Positions 39,332 through 41,514 of a stretch of 41,514 nt of DNA are shown in pieces. The notes under the pieces were generated by a model. It worked only from the letters and a program-made list of their open reading frames with translations, was not told the DNA's origin and searched no databases. Every line of letters starts with the position of its first letter. Within the stretch, counting starts at the first letter, position 1. Source of the DNA: an uncultured Sandaracinaceae bacterium. GTDB taxonomy: Bacteria > Myxococcota_A > Polyangia > Polyangiales > JADJQN01. The position numbers and the translations under genes are program-made. Where the stretch lies: positions 1 through 41,514 of the forward strand of contig CAZWQH010000003.1 in the NCBI GenBank assembly GCA_964635815.1. The letters are read 5' to 3'.

Positions 39332-40664
39332 GAGCTCACGTACCAACCCCGCAATCCAGCATCAAACCCAGGCGCGTTCTGGAAAAGAAGCCGAGGTCTT
39401 GATCGAGTCGAATCTCGGCATTCCGCTCGTCGACTTTCAGATCATTTTCCGAGGCGGAAGCCTGGTCGATCCCGTGGGACGCGAGGGCGAAGCGCGTCTG
39501 GCCGCGCGCGTCCTTCGGATGGGAACTCGAAATCTAACGATGCGGGCGATCGACGAGCGTGTCGATGCACTTGGTGGATCGCTCGGGGCCGACACCTCGG
39601 CAACCATGGTGAGGTTTTCGGGCACGGTAATCCGTCGAAACTTCGAGCCTATGATGCGCCTCGTGGGTGAGCTCCTCACCGAGCCTGCGTTCCGTCCACG
39701 CGATTTGGCGCAAGCTAAGCGCGAAGCCTATGCGGCGCTTGCCGAGAGCCTCGACGACGATCGGGGTCTCGCTCAGCGAGCGTTCCGGCAGAGCGTGTTT
39801 CGCGGGCATCCGTACTCGCGACGCTCGTTTGGATCGCGGAAGTCGATCGAGACCGTAACGGTGGCTGGCCTGCGCGCGGTCCACGCACGGACCATCACGC
39901 GAGACAACGTAATGTTCGCGTTCTCCGGCGCCATAACCCGTCGCGAGCTCGATCGCGAAGCCATGCCTCATTTGAGCTTCCCGAGCGCGAAGGGCGCGCC
40001 GCCTCGTATCGATGTGCCAGAGGCAGCTCCGCTCGATCGAATGCGCGTCATCGTTGTCGACAAACCTGAGCGCACCCAGACTCAGATCTTCATCGGCGGG
40101 CTCGGCACCCACGCGCGCGATGCCGACCATCACGCACTGATTGTAGGGAACACGATTTTCGGCGGCACGTTCACTAGCCGTCTTACGCGCGAAGTTCGAT
40201 CCGTACGCGGATGGAGCTACGGTGCGAGCTCGCGTCTCTCGATTGATCGAGTTCGTGAGGCCTGGCAGATGTGGACGTTTCCTTCCGCCAAGGACGCGGT
40301 GCCGTGTATCGACCTGCAGCTCGGGCTCGTGCAGAAGCTCGTTCGAGACGGAGTGACCAAGAAGGAAGTCGCGTTCGCTCAATCGTTCATCTCCAAAGGG
40401 CATGCCTTCGAGGTAGACACCGCGTTGAAGCGCCTCGATCAACGGGTGGAGCAGCGGCTTCTCGAACTCCCGCGAAACTACTTCCCGACCTACGTGGATC
40501 GCATCCGAGCGGTGACAGTCGACGAGGTTAATGCGGCCCTACGAAAGCGTATCGAGCCCCGGAATCTGGTGATAGCGCTCGTGGCAACTGCCGACGAAGT
40601 CGTCCCGTCTCTCGAGAAAATGCTCGGGGCACCGGTCGAAGTGGTTCCCCACGACCGCGATTGA
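39321..40664 (+). CDS. M16-family peptidase, non-catalytic partner subunit
   Basis: Same fold pattern (..GSLVDPVGREGEARLAARVLRMGT..) but no HxxEH motif. GTG 39321 (or 39312) overlaps the upstream stop at 39329-39331, with GGAAAGAG 9 nt upstream, suggesting translational coupling. Confidence 0.8.
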   Translation: MPRKSSRTNPAIQHQTQARSGKEAEVLIESNLGIPLVDFQIIFRGGSLVDPVGREGEARLAARVLRMGTRNLTMRAIDERVDALGGSLGADTSATMVRFSGTVIRRNFEPMMRLVGELLTEPAFRPRDLAQAKREAYAALAESLDDDRGLAQRAFRQSVFRGHPYSRRSFGSRKSIETVTVAGLRAVHARTITRDNVMFAFSGAITRRELDREAMPHLSFPSAKGAPPRIDVPEAAPLDRMRVIVVDKPERTQTQIFIGGLGTHARDADHHALIVGNTIFGGTFTSRLTREVRSVRGWSYGASSRLSIDRVREAWQMWTFPSAKDAVPCIDLQLGLVQKLVRDGVTKKEVAFAQSFISKGHAFEVDTALKRLDQRVEQRLLELPRNYFPTYVDRIRAVTVDEVNAALRKRIEPRNLVIALVATADEVVPSLEKMLGAPVEVVPHDRD

Positions 40665-40674
40665 GGCCTGCTCC

Positions 40675-40704
40675 CCTACCTCATGGTAGGTTGCCGCTCT
40701 TCTT
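40675..40704 (+). terminator. Possible terminator after the M16 pair
   Basis: CCTACC (40675-40680), loop TCAT, GGTAGG (40685-40690), followed by the pyrimidine-rich TTGCCGCTCTTCTT. Short stem, so low confidence. Confidence 0.3.
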
Positions 40705-40715
40705 GGAGGTATCGG

Positions 40716-41514
40716 GTGGCAAGGTTCATCGATGAGTTGAAGCGGACACATTCTTGCGGTGCATTGCGTGAAGGAGACATCGGAAACGAGGTCGTCCTCT
40801 TCGGTTGGGTAGCCAATCGACGCGATCACGGCGGCCTCATCTTCATCGATCTTCGAGACCGAGACGGGATTACGCAGCTGGTCTTCGATCCGAAGGACCA
40901 GGGCGAGGCATTCAAGCTTGCGGACGCATCGCGTCCGGAGTGGGTCATCGGTGTTCGCGGCGTCGTGCGCGACCGCGGATCCATGCGGAATCCCAAGCTC
41001 GACACCGGGGCAATCGAAGTCGTCGCCCAGGAAGCCACGATCTTTAACAAGTCGGACACCCCCCCGTTCGAGATCGCGGACGACATCGACACGAACGAAG
41101 AGAAGCGCCTCGAGCATCGCTATCTCGATCTGCGCAGGCCGAAGCTTCAGCGAAGCTTGCGGATGCGTCACACGCTCAACCAAACGACGCGTACGTTCAT
41201 GTCGGGCAACGGGTTTCTCGAAGTGGAGACGCCTTACCTGGTGAAGTACACACCGGGCGGCGCGCGTAACTTCTTGGTCCCGGCGCGGCTTCACCCGGGG
41301 AAGTTCTACTCGTTGGCCGAGAGTCCGCAGCTCTTCAAGCAGCTGTTGATGGTGGCTGGCTACGAACGGTATTTCCAGATCGTTCGGTGCTTCCGAGACG
41401 AGGCGTTGCGTGTCGATCGTCAGCCCGAGTTCACCCAGCTCGACGTCGAGATGAGCTTTGTCAACCAAGACGATATTTTCGGCATCATGGAAGGCCTCAT
41501 CATCAAGGTCTTCA
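40716..41514 (+). CDS. aspS: Aspartate--tRNA ligase, 3'-truncated by the window end
   Basis: Not in the ORF track because there is no stop before the window end. GGAGG at 40705-40709, then GTG 40716. My translation reads VARFIDELKRTHSCGALREGDIGNEVVLFGWVANRRDHGGLIFIDLRDRDGITQLVF...LEHRYLDLRRP...FLEVETPYL...ARNFLVP...FYSLAESPQLFKQLLMVAGYERYFQIVRCFRDEALRVDRQPEFTQLDVEMSF, a textbook AspS anticodon-binding domain plus class II core. Confidence 0.93.
   Translation, partial: MARFIDELKRTHSCGALREGDIGNEVVLFGWVANRRDHGGLIFIDLRDRDGITQLVFDPKDQGEAFKLADASRPEWVIGVRGVVRDRGSMRNPKLDTGAIEVVAQEATIFNKSDTPPFEIADDIDTNEEKRLEHRYLDLRRPKLQRSLRMRHTLNQTTRTFMSGNGFLEVETPYLVKYTPGGARNFLVPARLHPGKFYSLAESPQLFKQLLMVAGYERYFQIVRCFRDEALRVDRQPEFTQLDVEMSFVNQDDIFGIMEGLIIKVF

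Noticed and set aside
40539-41468. 309-aa minus-strand ORF
   Set aside because: It is antisense to the clearly recognisable aspS coding frame.

Overview
High-GC (roughly 62-64% by eye) bacterial chromosomal window. It is most likely Myxococcota-like, given Myxococcus-type cysteine-rich repeats, an FHA-GAF-sigma54 activator and many lipobox proteins. I support about 30 protein genes. Core genes are a phoB/phoR-like pair, ychF, rimO, a YfhL-like ferredoxin, a glycerophosphodiester phosphodiesterase, an FHA-sigma54 activator, gltX, a GST, an M16 peptidase pair, and a 3'-partial aspS that is absent from the ORF track because it runs off the window. An accessory-looking block (about 17.8-33.0 kb) encodes exported proteins: a CPBP protease; a 1,710-aa lipoprotein with 12 Calx-beta/cadherin-like repeats and a propeller-like C-terminus; a 980-aa lipoprotein with a Pro-rich tandem repeat, 11 cysteine-rich repeats and a C-terminal P-domain; a divergent TetR/P450 pair; a papain-like C1 peptidase carrying two P-domains; and a duplicated-module secreted protein. 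I found no rRNA, tRNA, CRISPR array, transposase or integrase. The most unusual signals are non-coding. Two long ORF-poor gaps between convergent genes (6938-7481 and 31178-31847) are packed with conserved hairpins. These include a 172-bp nested three-helix element, twin CCAATCGG-N16-CCGATTGG palindromes, and a family of hairpins with GCAAG-containing loops that show compensatory stem changes. Protein-level oddities are a bacterial SRCR domain, P-domains fused to non-subtilase proteins, a permuted NB-ARC-TPR-wHTH regulator, and a ParB/DGQHR-like protein with a histone-like tail. All family calls are motif recognition by eye. No database search, folding program or statistic was run, and start codons are approximate because the ORF track uses the most upstream ATG/GTG/TTG.
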